Assembly (NCBI GenBank): GCA_963793265.1
Contig: CAWBZI010000002.1
Location: 192,001 to 256,000, forward strand
Direction of reading: 5' to 3'
From: an uncultured cyanobacterium
GTDB lineage: Bacteria > Cyanobacteriota > Cyanobacteriia > Phormidesmidales > Phormidesmidaceae
Length of the DNA: 64,000 bases
The number at the start of each line of letters is the position of its first letter. The first letter of the stretch is position 1. Shown here in pieces: positions 1-9,878 of the stretch. Below the pieces are notes generated by a model. It did not search any database, was not told the origin of the DNA, and saw nothing but the letters and a program-made list of their open reading frames with translations. The translations under genes were made by a program, and so were the position numbers.

Positions 1-2
1 AG

Positions 3-908
3 GTGTTTGAGCAGGTAGGCGATCAAAAGAAACAGTCGGAAGGTACTGGCTTGGGCCTAGCGATTAGTCAGCGGATTGTTCAGCTTATGGGTAGCGTGAT
101 TAAGCTAGAGAGTGAGTTAGGAAAGGGCAGTGAGTTTTACTTTACCGCTGAGCTACCGCTGGCCGACAATTGGGCGCAGCATCAGGGCGAGCTAGACGAT
201 AAAGAGCGGATTATTGGCTACGAAGGCGATCGCCGCCAGATTTTAGTGATCGATGACCGTTGGGAAAACCGTGCGGTGCTCCGAAATCTGTTGGAGCCGT
301 TAGGATTCAATATTATTGAAGCTGAAAATGGAGAAGTTGGCCTTGCTCAACTTAATAGCTTGCAGCCAGACTTAACTATTACAGATCTGGCGATGCCGGT
401 TATGGACGGCTTTGAATTTCTACAGCAGGTTCGCAACACAGACACATTAAAGTCTGCTCGAATCGTTGTTTCTTCGGCCTCAGTTGCACAAACCGATCAG
501 GAAATGGCTTTGGAGGCGGGCGGCAACGATTTTCTGACTAAGCCCGTGGACGCAAGAGCTTTGTTCCGAATAATATCTGCACAGTTAAATTTGACCTGGA
601 TTTGTGAGGCTTCTGCAGAGAGCTACCGTCAGCTAGAGCCGCTGCCGAATGAGCTGGTTTTGCCTCCCCTATCGACGCTAGAAAAACTGCTAGAGACGGC
701 CCGAAAAACAGATATTAAAGCACTGCGGACTCAAGTTGAGCAGCTTGTCAAAGCAGATTTGAGCTACCATCTTTTTGCGCAGCCTATTCTTCAGCTAGCG
801 AGTCAGTTTATGGTTGAAGAAATTGAATCACTATTAGAAAATCATATACAAGAACATAATAAGCAATCCAAAGAACAAGCGGCTGAGGAACTGACCTATG
901 CAAAATAA
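3..908 (+). CDS. Hybrid sensor histidine kinase, C-terminal part (HATPase end + receiver); 5' end outside window
   Basis: G2 box [15 protein letters not shown]; receiver ILVIDD...DLAMPVMDG...FLTKP. Confidence 0.9.
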   Translation: MFEQVGDQKKQSEGTGLGLAISQRIVQLMGSVIKLESELGKGSEFYFTAELPLADNWAQHQGELDDKERIIGYEGDRRQILVIDDRWENRAVLRNLLEPLGFNIIEAENGEVGLAQLNSLQPDLTITDLAMPVMDGFEFLQQVRNTDTLKSARIVVSSASVAQTDQEMALEAGGNDFLTKPVDARALFRIISAQLNLTWICEASAESYRQLEPLPNELVLPPLSTLEKLLETARKTDIKALRTQVEQLVKADLSYHLFAQPILQLASQFMVEEIESLLENHIQEHNKQSKEQAAEELTYAK

Positions 909-2190
909 ATCTAAACTGCTGGTGGTAGACGATACGCCTGCTAACCTTGAATTTATTACCGAAGCCCTTTCCTCAGCGGGATATCAGGTGACCATTGCTA
1001 TTAGCGGCGATCGCGCCCTGAACCGGCTAAAGACCTACACGCCCGATTTAATTCTGCTAGACGTTCAAATGCCTGGAATCGATGGATTTGAAACCTGTCG
1101 GCAAATTAAGGAGAATCCTAACCTGGCGGATATTCCTATTATCTTTATCACCGCACTTTCTGATCCAGAGAGTATTGCCAGAGGATTTTCACTAGGCGCG
1201 GTGGACTATATCAACAAACCCTTTCAAGAAGCAGAGCTATTTGCTAGGGTAAAGAACCACATCCAAACAAAACAGTTTGCCGAGCGTCTGACTCAGCAGG
1301 TAGAAGAGCGCACAAAGTCGTTAGAAACAGCGATGGCAAAGCTGAAGTCTTCTCAAATTCAGATTATCCAGCAAGAGAAAATGTCGGCATTAGGAAACTT
1401 AGTGGCAGGGGTTGCTCACGAGATTAATAATCCAATTGGATTTGTCAGAGGCAACGTTAAGGAACTCCAGCGAAATTTAAAAGACATATTTGACCACTTA
1501 GAGATTTGTTGCCAAGAACATGCTTCTGATGAACGTAAAGAACATGCTGAGGACATTGATCTGGCCTTTTTGCTGGAAGATATGCCTAAAATGCTTGAAT
1601 CTATGGCGATAGGGTGCGATCGCATCCGCGATATCAGCGTCAGCCTGCGAACGTTTTCCCGCGAAGATAGAGATACTCAAGCCGCTTTTGATCTGCACGA
1701 AGGCATCGACAGCACGCTTTTAATCTTGAAGCACCGCCTTAAGGCCAGCGATACTAAGCCCGAGATAGAAGTCATTAAAGACTACCGGGAACTGCCCTTG
1801 GTTTACTGCTTTCCAGGACAGCTCAACCAGGTGCTTATGAATATTTTAGCCAATGCCATTGACGCGCTAGAAGAAAAAAACACTTGCCAATCTCTCTCTG
1901 AAATAAACGCAGCGCCCAATCAAATTACGATACAAACGGACACGCTGGAAGATCAGGTTTATATACGGATTCGAGACAATGGTATGGGGATGCCGGAGAC
2001 TGTGAGGCAGCACATTTTTGATCACCTTTATACGACTAAGGATGTTGGAAAAGGAACGGGGTTAGGGCTAGCGATCGCCCGTCAAATTGTAGTTGAAAAG
2101 CACGGTGGAAAAATCACGGTAGAATCAGCGCCCGGCCAGGGAACAGAATTTACCATTGCATTGCCGGTTGCGGGCATAGTATCGTCTTAA
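898..2190 (+). CDS. Receiver-HisKA-HATPase hybrid histidine kinase
   Basis: LLVVDD/DVQMP/KP receiver; H box AHEINNP; N box [17 protein letters not shown]; 11-nt overlap with upstream kinase. Confidence 0.92.
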   Translation: MQNKSKLLVVDDTPANLEFITEALSSAGYQVTIAISGDRALNRLKTYTPDLILLDVQMPGIDGFETCRQIKENPNLADIPIIFITALSDPESIARGFSLGAVDYINKPFQEAELFARVKNHIQTKQFAERLTQQVEERTKSLETAMAKLKSSQIQIIQQEKMSALGNLVAGVAHEINNPIGFVRGNVKELQRNLKDIFDHLEICCQEHASDERKEHAEDIDLAFLLEDMPKMLESMAIGCDRIRDISVSLRTFSREDRDTQAAFDLHEGIDSTLLILKHRLKASDTKPEIEVIKDYRELPLVYCFPGQLNQVLMNILANAIDALEEKNTCQSLSEINAAPNQITIQTDTLEDQVYIRIRDNGMGMPETVRQHIFDHLYTTKDVGKGTGLGLAIARQIVVEKHGGKITVESAPGQGTEFTIALPVAGIVSS

Positions 2191-2306
2191 GTTTCTTCGG
2201 GCGAAGTGGTTGGAATGCGAGTCACTGAGCGCAGATCGTCGGGGCCGGTTCCGACTGCACAAACAAGCTTAGTGCCACCGACTTCTATTGCTCCTAAAAG
2301 TGACAT
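2187..2306 (-). pseudogene. N-terminal 39-aa relic of ROK-family (fructokinase-like) kinase
   Basis: Hand translation [39 protein letters not shown]; ExGGTK phosphate-1 motif; not in ORF track. Confidence 0.8.
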
Positions 2307-2428
2307 CGCTGCAAACTCCTATTGTCTTAACCTATCGCTTCTCAGGATATCTCTAACTGCGTACTTTAGTTCAGTACAGGCTGGCCCTTTTCAAAGAACT
2401 AGCCCGTAACAACAAAATGACCAGCGCC

Positions 2429-2740
2429 TTATAGTTGTTTTCGCAACAGGCTAATCGCCTCACTCTGAGCGGGCGTGATAATCAGCGGCTCTTCAATGCT
2501 CAAAACGGGCGTCCACAGCAGCGTTTCGGTGTAGCGAAGCGTATGAAGCAGGCGAATGGTTTTGCGAATTGCGTCTGGCTCACCGAGCAGAATATGCCGG
2601 ATAGACTGCTTGGCTGGATTGCCGGACGGGTCGAGCTGGGGCTGAGGATTCAGGTGGGCAGAAATGGTTTGAGCGGTGGGCACTATGGGCTGTGACTGAC
2701 CTGTAGAAGACAGGCCAGTCAGGCGATTTGCAGATTTCAT
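2429..2740 (-). CDS. Small hypothetical protein with long structured leader
   Basis: 103-aa ORF, GGAG RBS, core IRHILLGEPDAIRKTIRLLHTLRY resembles a recurrent cyanobacterial small-protein family. Confidence 0.65.
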   Translation of the reverse strand: MKSANRLTGLSSTGQSQPIVPTAQTISAHLNPQPQLDPSGNPAKQSIRHILLGEPDAIRKTIRLLHTLRYTETLLWTPVLSIEEPLIITPAQSEAISLLRKQL

Positions 2741-2765
2741 GGGGCTCTCCGGGTGTTAGGTTTAG

Positions 2766-2925
2766 AAAGCCGCACGAAAAAGATAGCTACCCTCAACTTG
2801 CCAAGAGTCAGGGTGGCTGTGCCATCATAGGCACAACCCACTGACCGGGTAAGACGGTCTGGGGGCGAGCTGACGGCGATTGCTTCAACAATTGTCGTCA
2901 GTGGCTAAATTTTTCGGGGCGGTTT
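2766..2925. ncRNA. Candidate structured RNA (leader or cis-antisense RNA)
   Basis: Hairpins 2784-2819, 2837-2865 and 2870-2901, closed by long-range pairing of 2766-2782 with 2911-2925; mismatches become G-U pairs on the + strand. Confidence 0.45.
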
Positions 2926-2969
2926 AGCTGCTACGTATCAGATGAGTGCTAATAACAGCTATGAGAGCT

Positions 2970-2999
2970 AGCGTAGCGCTACGGTATTGATGATGTCAA
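2970..2999 (-). promoter_or_regulatory. Sigma70-like promoter TTGACA-N18-TACGCT with overlapping palindrome CGTAGCGCTACG
   Basis: Read directly; points into the structured leader. Confidence 0.45.
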
Positions 3000-3096
3000 T
3001 TATTTGACACGAAATCCTCACAAATGCGGAGCGGATAAAGTCAAGCTGCTAGCTTTGCCCCATATATGATGAAGCGAGTGAGGTTTGAAAATAGAA

Positions 3097-3507
3097 ATGT
3101 CTGATAATGCAACTTTTGAGTTTGTGACTTCAACGAACTGTAATCGAGTAGCAGTAGAAGTTTCGTCGAGATGGAATGGCTTCGGATACTCCTCTGACGT
3201 TTATGTCTATCCAGATATTCGGGATAGAATATTTTGCACGTTAGAATATTTCTTTGGTGCTCAAAAAGAGCGCTCTATGCTTATTCAGGTACTAAAGTAC
3301 TTGAAAGATATCTCTTCCGACAAGAAGATATACTACTATCGCTGTGATGACCTTGCTCCTCTAATAAACTTACATATTCCAATCCTTGAGATCAATGCTG
3401 AAGATATATTTACTGCTGATTTCTCACCATGTCTTGGTGCCTCAATAGTGACTAAGTACGCATTATCTCCTGAGAGTATTGATAGATGTCATACTCAGCA
3501 TGTTTGA
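3097..3507 (+). CDS. Hypothetical protein (AT-rich)
   Basis: Uninterrupted ORF; ATG at 3097 chosen; no recognisable motif. Confidence 0.55.
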   Translation: MSDNATFEFVTSTNCNRVAVEVSSRWNGFGYSSDVYVYPDIRDRIFCTLEYFFGAQKERSMLIQVLKYLKDISSDKKIYYYRCDDLAPLINLHIPILEINAEDIFTADFSPCLGASIVTKYALSPESIDRCHTQHV

Positions 3508-3647
3508 GCGAATGACTCAAGCGCCGTAAGGTATGAGTTTTCAGAAGGTTTATTCCCAAAAAATCTTACCGAGTTTTTGACAATCTAAGGCTATCATACG
3601 ACTATTCTTTCTTATGATTCCTTATCAGCCTGTGTTTCAACTAGCGT

Positions 3648-5360
3648 ATGAATAAGTCGCTATGGCCGCTGCTGATTATCACTTTAGTAGCCCTACTCTG
3701 CAATCTCAACAGTTGGGGGGTGCTTGAAGCGAGTGAAGCCCGATACGCCGAAATTAGCCGAGAAATGTTTCGCACTGGCGACTGGCTGCATCCTACCCTG
3801 CTCAACATCTATCACTATCACAAGCCGCCCGTCACCTTTTGGCTCACCAGTCTGGGCTTCAGCCTATTCGGCGTCAACGCATTTGGGGCTCGCTTCTTTC
3901 TACAGATATCGCTCATTGCACAGGCCGCACTGGTCTATTTTATTGCAAGACAGCTCTTTGAAACAATCGGTCAAACAACAGTTCAATCGACAGCCGCTAC
4001 GCTAGCAAAAGCGCGTCTCGCTGCCATTATCTATCTCTCTTTCCCGCTCAGTATCCTTAGCGCGCGCAATCTTACTACCGACAGCTTTCTCACCACCTTT
4101 GCTTTAGCCACTATCTACTGCATGACGGCCTATTACGCTCGGCAAAAGGTTTGGGGCATCTACGGCAGCGCTTTTTTCATTGGCATTGGTTTTCTAACCA
4201 AAGGGCCAGCCATTTTCGTCGTTCCTTTCTTCTTTTGGCTCTACCTTATGTTCGCGCGGCGGCTCGACTACCGAGTGCCTATTAAGCATTTACTCATAGC
4301 CTTACTTTTGTGTGTGGGCCTCGGCCTGTCGTGGTACGTGTATGTTGCAGGGAAAGTCCCTGGACTCGCTGACTACTTCATCAGCCAGCAAGTGGTCGCG
4401 CGGGTCACTGATGATCAGGCATTCAACAGAGCCAAGCCCGGCTGGTATTATCCGCTGATATTGGCAGTAACGACGCTACCGTGGGGTGTGCTCTATATTG
4501 TGAGTTTCTTCTCTAATAAGTACAACATATCTAAATCAGCAGAGACAAGACAGCTTTTGCTTTATTGGATAGCGCTTCCCTTCGCTGTCTTTGCGCTCTC
4601 TAGCTCCAAGCTTATGATGTACTTGCTACCCCTCTATCCAGGCATAGCGCTAGTGTCTGCCTGTTTGCTCACCAATCTGGCGCGGCCTAGTTTAGTGCAG
4701 TTGGCAGTGACATTTGCCTGCTTCTACACGGTGTTGGGTATCGTGGCGTCCGTTGCTCTGCCGCTAGTCACGCAGCTATCAACGACAGCAATAAAAACCG
4801 CTTGGCCGATGTATTTGTTTAGTTTGTTGCTGGTGATAACGCCCTTCTTAATCTACAGACTGTTCAAGAATGACAGGCTAAGGGTCGGAATTATGGCGGT
4901 GTCTTCGGTGTTGATATTGACAATTTATGGCGGCTATTTCTTAGGTGCAAACGAACTGTTGCTTAGTGGGACGCGGCCTGTCGCTCAGTTTATTCAGTCT
5001 CAAGGGCTACAGGATCGGCCTATGCTAGTGTATGGCGAGCTGCTGCCCTCACTGGCTTTTAACCTAGATCAAGACATTATTACAATTAGCGATGATGCCA
5101 TAGGCTATGGCGTAGAACGGGAAACTCAGTTTCAAGAGATAGGGCAAACAGAGGGGCAGTTGAGCGACCAGTGGCGACAGTTCTGGATTTACCTTGAGCA
5201 ACCAGACTCACAGCGCTATTTAGAAAGGTTGGTGCGATCACCTTCCGTACTCATCATCAGAGAAACTATCCTTGAAGTCTTGCCAGAGAGTCGGCGCTGG
5301 GTGCTACAAAACTACCCACAGTATAAAACCATGGGGCCATGGACGATGCTTTACCAATAG
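3648..5360 (+). CDS. ArnT/GT39-like (GT-C fold) membrane glycosyltransferase
   Basis: EARYAEISREM, HKPP, FLTKGP motifs; many TM helices. Confidence 0.88.
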   Translation: MNKSLWPLLIITLVALLCNLNSWGVLEASEARYAEISREMFRTGDWLHPTLLNIYHYHKPPVTFWLTSLGFSLFGVNAFGARFFLQISLIAQAALVYFIARQLFETIGQTTVQSTAATLAKARLAAIIYLSFPLSILSARNLTTDSFLTTFALATIYCMTAYYARQKVWGIYGSAFFIGIGFLTKGPAIFVVPFFFWLYLMFARRLDYRVPIKHLLIALLLCVGLGLSWYVYVAGKVPGLADYFISQQVVARVTDDQAFNRAKPGWYYPLILAVTTLPWGVLYIVSFFSNKYNISKSAETRQLLLYWIALPFAVFALSSSKLMMYLLPLYPGIALVSACLLTNLARPSLVQLAVTFACFYTVLGIVASVALPLVTQLSTTAIKTAWPMYLFSLLLVITPFLIYRLFKNDRLRVGIMAVSSVLILTIYGGYFLGANELLLSGTRPVAQFIQSQGLQDRPMLVYGELLPSLAFNLDQDIITISDDAIGYGVERETQFQEIGQTEGQLSDQWRQFWIYLEQPDSQRYLERLVRSPSVLIIRETILEVLPESRRWVLQNYPQYKTMGPWTMLYQ

Positions 5361-5384
5361 CGCGTGCTAGATGAGAGTTTAGAA

Positions 5385-5456
5385 AGCGGGTGACGCGATT
5401 CGAACGCGCGACAGGCTGCATGGGAAGCAGCTACTCTACCACTGAGTTACACCCGC
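5385..5456 (-). tRNA. tRNA-Gly(CCC), CCA not encoded
   Basis: Reverse complement GCGGGTG..TGGTAGAG..GCTGC-TTCCCAT-GCAGC..GTTCGAAT..CACCCGCT folds as a cloverleaf. Confidence 0.95.
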
Positions 5457-5546
5457 CAGTGAGCTAGCGAGGTCTTATTATGCCTGCTTAGTTTGAGCTT
5501 GTCTATAGATATGCTACAAAGCTTTACGCGAATAGAAAGATATTGC

Positions 5547-5575
5547 GTAGGGGCATAGCAACGTTATACCCCTAC
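5547..5575. repeat. REP-like GTAG...CTAC palindrome
   Basis: GTAGGGGCATAGC-AAC-GTTATACCCCTAC; related units near 28484 and 45700-45770. Confidence 0.65.
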
Positions 5576-5608
5576 AGCGACCGGCGTTGTAAAAGCAGGC
5601 GCTACAGG

Positions 5609-6208
5609 CTATTCCTCGTCTTCTGCTTCCTCCTCATCTTCTCCTTTAATTACAAAAGAACGCGCCATAATTTCGCCATTCTTCTTCACTGGCGCATCCT
5701 TCTCCGGGAACTCATAGGTACCGCGCTCGCCACCGTCAATATGCAATAACACCCACAGCTTGTCCCCAATCTGAGGCGCTTCCCACAAGTCCACAATCAC
5801 ATCTTCGCTATCCCCAGAATCTACACGCGCCTCACCGATACTCTCAGGCAGCGTAATGCTACCGTCTTCCCTGCTTTTGTGTACAGAAACCCAACCGTCG
5901 CGCGAGGTCGCAACCGTTCTCACAATAATCTGACCGGCGGTCTGTTGGTCAGCGACTACCAGCTTGACGTTCTTTTGCTCAACGCCTTCGGTATCCGGAT
6001 TCTCGTCTTCTTTATCCTCAGCGTCAGTCTTTTCGCCATCCGTTTCCTCATCCTCTGCTGCCGCTGGCTCAGTATCCACTACCTCTGAAGCTTCATCCAC
6101 ATCAGTAGAGGGATCATTCATTGTAATTGAGGTGTCGTCTCCAGAGCAGCCTATGAGTAAAAATGAGACTAACAGGGAGGTAAGTAGCGTAGTTGATAGG
6201 TATTTCAT
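5609..6208 (-). CDS. Acidic lipoprotein with beta-rich C-terminal domain
   Basis: Lipobox LIGC; D/E-rich linker; GWVSVH and LHID motifs. Confidence 0.75.
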   Translation of the reverse strand: MKYLSTTLLTSLLVSFLLIGCSGDDTSITMNDPSTDVDEASEVVDTEPAAAEDEETDGEKTDAEDKEDENPDTEGVEQKNVKLVVADQQTAGQIIVRTVATSRDGWVSVHKSREDGSITLPESIGEARVDSGDSEDVIVDLWEAPQIGDKLWVLLHIDGGERGTYEFPEKDAPVKKNGEIMARSFVIKGEDEEEAEDEE

Positions 6209-6250
6209 AGACGATTTGGTAAGATTTGAGACTAACCCAATGTGTAGTTT

Positions 6251-6916
6251 ATGCCAATTATGGTTAATTCTGCGAGTAAACGTCGCTGGCGCAAAATAAT
6301 TAGCTTTACTGCGATCGCCCTCCTTATCATCACCGCTATTGTGCTGCTCAATCGCTACGGTATGGGGCCACTGCGAGCAAAGGTAGAAGAAGTCGGCATC
6401 GTTTGGGCTGCGCTAGGGCTCTTCTTACTGCGCTTTAGCAGTGTGGTTATTCCAGCACTGCCAGGCACAGCCTACGCTATTTTAGCGGGCGGACTCATCG
6501 GATTTGGCCCAGGGCTAGCCGTGGTTTGTATCTCAGATTTTTTGTCTTGTTCGCTGAGCTTTTGGCTGTCTTCTCGGTATGGGCGATCGCTCGTAAAGCG
6601 CCTCACGGGCGATCGATTCATCACCCGCGTTGACCAGCTCGCACAAAAGCATTTAGATCGAAATTTCTTTCTGCTCACCGCCTTTCTAATGACGGGCCTC
6701 TTCGATTTTGTGGCCTATGGTGTGGGCTTAACAAAAGCACCCTGGCGTAGGTTTATACCCGCGCTAGTGCTGAGCATTGCCCTTTCTAACCCGCCGATTG
6801 TGGCTTTGGGCTCTGGGCTATTTGCAGGCGGAAAGCTGTTATTAGGGTTTGCGCTGTTAGGGATGTTCGGCCTAGCTTTGGTAACAGGGCTGGTGCAGCG
6901 GCGAATGAGCGCGTAA
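6251..6916 (+). CDS. TVP38/TMEM64 (DedA/VTT) family membrane protein
   Basis: PALPGTAYAILAGGLIG; SFWLSSRYGR; FDFVAYGVGL. Confidence 0.85.
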   Translation: MPIMVNSASKRRWRKIISFTAIALLIITAIVLLNRYGMGPLRAKVEEVGIVWAALGLFLLRFSSVVIPALPGTAYAILAGGLIGFGPGLAVVCISDFLSCSLSFWLSSRYGRSLVKRLTGDRFITRVDQLAQKHLDRNFFLLTAFLMTGLFDFVAYGVGLTKAPWRRFIPALVLSIALSNPPIVALGSGLFAGGKLLLGFALLGMFGLALVTGLVQRRMSA

Positions 6917-6918
6917 TG

Positions 6919-8046
6919 CTACACGTCCTTAGCAGTCTCTTTAATCAGGTAGTCTACCACCGACTTGAGGCTCTGCGTTTCTTGATACACCTGCTTTTGT
7001 CGTTGGGCGGCGTTGCCGTCAGTCAAGGTAGTGTTGACCAGCTCAGAGACTATCGTCCAGTCGCCGTTTTGTTCTAACGCCGGGCGAAGCTTATTAAGCA
7101 AATTGCCAACAACTTCTTTAGCTGGCAGCGTTTTACTTTGTTCAAAGTCGATCAGGCGATCGCTCAGCCCATGCCTGGCCGCCTGCCACATCGCCGCCCG
7201 CAGCGTAGAGGTTCGCACTTTGGGGTAGGGTTTGTTGTTTTTCACTGCTTGGTAAGCGGTTTGCGCGATCGCCCGGCACAACCCTGCCTGCATCACCGCC
7301 TCATCTATCGTCGCGCACACATCTGCTACTCTAAACTCAATCGTGGGGAAGCGTTTAGAAAGCCGAATATCCCAGTAAATCTTAGTCGGATCGTCAATAA
7401 TCTCATAGTCAATAAGCTGTTGAATACCTGCTTCATGCTCATCGTAATTTTCAAAAATAGGCGGCGGGCCTGCCGCTGGCAACCGGCACCATTGCTCCAT
7501 ACGGTAGCTGTCGTAGCCGGTTTCTTCGCCCATCCAATACGGTGAGTTCGCAGAAAGCGCCAACAATAGCGGCAGGTAAATGCGCGCTCGATTCACGACC
7601 TGAACGGCCATCTCACGATCTTCTAGTCCGACATGCACGTGGCAGCCGTAAATGATTAGCTCTCTAATCACCTGCTGCAACACATTGTCTAATTCGTGAT
7701 AACGCTCTTTGTCAGTTGTCTGCTGATCGCGCCAGCTAGAAAATGGATGTGTGCCCGCAGCAACAACTTCGCACTTGTTCTCTCTAGCAGCTTCAACAAC
7801 ATTTCGCCGGGCCTGAGTCAGCGCTGCTCGCACATCATCTAGCGTGTGGCAGATATCGGTGGCAATTTCAACCTGACAGCGATGCATTTCAGGCTGAATT
7901 GGATTCTCTTCATCGCCCGGTGTTGCCTTAGCCTTAATGATAGATCGCGCCTGGCTAGAGAGTTCGCGGCTCTGCGGATCGATGACCTGATACTCTTCTT
8001 CAACGCCCAGAGTAAAACCTAAGTCGGTAGCTTTAGTTTGAGGCAT
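6919..8046 (-). CDS. ybdK: Carboxylate-amine ligase (GCS2, putative glutamate-cysteine ligase 2)
   Basis: TLGVEEEYQ, AGTHPF, GCHVHVG, SANSPY, YWDIR, TIEFRVAD. Confidence 0.9.
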   Translation of the reverse strand: MPQTKATDLGFTLGVEEEYQVIDPQSRELSSQARSIIKAKATPGDEENPIQPEMHRCQVEIATDICHTLDDVRAALTQARRNVVEAARENKCEVVAAGTHPFSSWRDQQTTDKERYHELDNVLQQVIRELIIYGCHVHVGLEDREMAVQVVNRARIYLPLLLALSANSPYWMGEETGYDSYRMEQWCRLPAAGPPPIFENYDEHEAGIQQLIDYEIIDDPTKIYWDIRLSKRFPTIEFRVADVCATIDEAVMQAGLCRAIAQTAYQAVKNNKPYPKVRTSTLRAAMWQAARHGLSDRLIDFEQSKTLPAKEVVGNLLNKLRPALEQNGDWTIVSELVNTTLTDGNAAQRQKQVYQETQSLKSVVDYLIKETAKDV

Positions 8047-8180
8047 AGTACTTTCCCAAGATCTACCTATCAGCATCTCGTTTTTGAGTAAGATCAGAGC
8101 CTATCGTAGGACTGATCTATTCAGGCGATCGCAATCGTCAGTTTTGATCTACCATAAACGGTAGCTTGAAGGATATTTGG

Positions 8181-8837
8181 ATGAATAGCCATAGTTTTAC
8201 GCTCTACAGCGACTCTAAATTAGTTAGTCCTTATGTGATGTCCAATTTCATTGCTTTAACCGAGAAAGACCTCGCTTTTGAGCTAAAGACGGTGGACTTA
8301 GCAGAAAACGAACATAGCCAAGCGCCCTATGCAGACGTTTCTTTGTCTAAAAGAGTACCAAGCTTAGTTCATCAAACGTCTGAAGGCGAAAGCTTCACGC
8401 TCTCTGAGTCTTCAGCGATTTCAGAATATTTAGAAGACCGTTTTGCACCACCCGAATTTATGCGGCTGTATCCGAGCGATTTGCAAGCTAAAGCTAAGGC
8501 AAGAGAAATTCAGGCTTGGTTGCGCAGCGATCTTGTTCCTATCCGAGACGAGCGACCTACCGAAGTCATTTATTTTCAACCCGTTGAAGAACCCCTTTCC
8601 CAAAATGCTGTAGCGGCGGCAAACAAGCTTTTTTCGGCGGTAGAGCGTTTGCTTAGCCTATCTGATGGCCCCAACCTGTTTGGAGAGTGGTGTGTTGCTG
8701 ATGCTGATTTGGCGCTGATGATTAACCGACTGGTGATGAATGGCGATCGCGTTCCTGAAAAAGTGGCGACCTATGCCACGCACCAGTGGCAGCGACCTTC
8801 TGTACAATTGTGGGTGAACCAAACGCGCGGTGAATGA
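8181..8837 (+). CDS. yfcF: Glutathione S-transferase, YfcF-like
   Basis: SPYV; RVP; LSESSAISEYLED; ARAREIQAWLRSDL-like; LFGEWCVADADLA. Confidence 0.85.
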   Translation: MNSHSFTLYSDSKLVSPYVMSNFIALTEKDLAFELKTVDLAENEHSQAPYADVSLSKRVPSLVHQTSEGESFTLSESSAISEYLEDRFAPPEFMRLYPSDLQAKAKAREIQAWLRSDLVPIRDERPTEVIYFQPVEEPLSQNAVAAANKLFSAVERLLSLSDGPNLFGEWCVADADLALMINRLVMNGDRVPEKVATYATHQWQRPSVQLWVNQTRGE

Positions 8838-8846
8838 AAATAACGG

Positions 8847-9734
8847 ATGAAAGACACCGCTCAAAATCAAATCAAGCTTTCACAGCTTAAAATAGTCGTT
8901 GCCGTTTCTAACAAAGAGAGTTTTGGTGAAGCGGCTTTGGACTTAGGCATTTCGCAATCGGCAGTGAGTCATGCGATCGCCGCTCTTGAAACCCACTTAG
9001 GCGTCATCCTTTTCTCTAGAGGCCGTCACGGCGCGCGACTCACCCCCATCGGCGCGCGCATTCTCCCTCACGCCAAAACCATCGTTGGCAGCACCACCGC
9101 CATCTTGCAAGAAGCCGCCATTGGCAAAGGCTTAGAAAGCGGCAAAGTCCGCATCGCCACCTTCCGCAGCATCGCCGCCCGCATTTTACCCGAAGCTATC
9201 AAACAGCTCCACGAGCGCTTTCCCGGCATCATCACCAACCTATCCGAGCACGACACCAGCCCACAAGTAGAACAAACTCTAAAAGAAGGCCGTGCTGATC
9301 TGGGCATTATCACGTTGCCTGCGGGCAAAGGTATCACCGCCTGGGAGCTTCTAAAAGATGAATTTATCGTGCTGCTACCGCCTGAAACTAAACTCAAAGA
9401 AGATTGTTTAACCTGGGATGAACTAGCTGCACAGCCCTTAATTATGCCACCGATTGATCATGCAATGATGCGCCCTATTTATGAGCATATCAACGGTTTG
9501 GGCTATTGGCTCAATGTTGTAAACGAGATAGAAACCGATGCAACAACTGTCAGCTTAGTTGCCCAAGGGCTCGGGGGCACTATTTTGCCACGGCTAGCGG
9601 CTGAGCCAATTCCTGAGACGGTGCAGGTTTATTCTTTGCCGATTCCTTTAGAGCGATCGATTGGGGTGGCGATCGCAACAGAGGCACTTCAGCCGCCAGC
9701 GGTGTATGCTTTGCTTGAGATATTGAGGGATTGA
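8847..9734 (+). CDS. LysR-family transcriptional regulator
   Basis: SFGEAALDLGISQSAVSHAIAALE HTH; LysR substrate domain. Confidence 0.92.
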   Translation: MKDTAQNQIKLSQLKIVVAVSNKESFGEAALDLGISQSAVSHAIAALETHLGVILFSRGRHGARLTPIGARILPHAKTIVGSTTAILQEAAIGKGLESGKVRIATFRSIAARILPEAIKQLHERFPGIITNLSEHDTSPQVEQTLKEGRADLGIITLPAGKGITAWELLKDEFIVLLPPETKLKEDCLTWDELAAQPLIMPPIDHAMMRPIYEHINGLGYWLNVVNEIETDATTVSLVAQGLGGTILPRLAAEPIPETVQVYSLPIPLERSIGVAIATEALQPPAVYALLEILRD

Positions 9735-9878
9735 TATAGTGGCGATCGCACAGTACAGATCTCATAACAGACACACGATTTGCCAAAACCATACGCTGCA
9801 TAAGCATTATGCATACAAGCAACTATCAATTAGAATGAAGATACAGAAACGACCCTATCGTTTTTCGAGGTAATCCGA

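Noticed and set aside
9795..9813. Palindrome TGCATAA-GCA-TTATGCA after the LysR gene
   Set aside because: Single short occurrence; no function can be assigned
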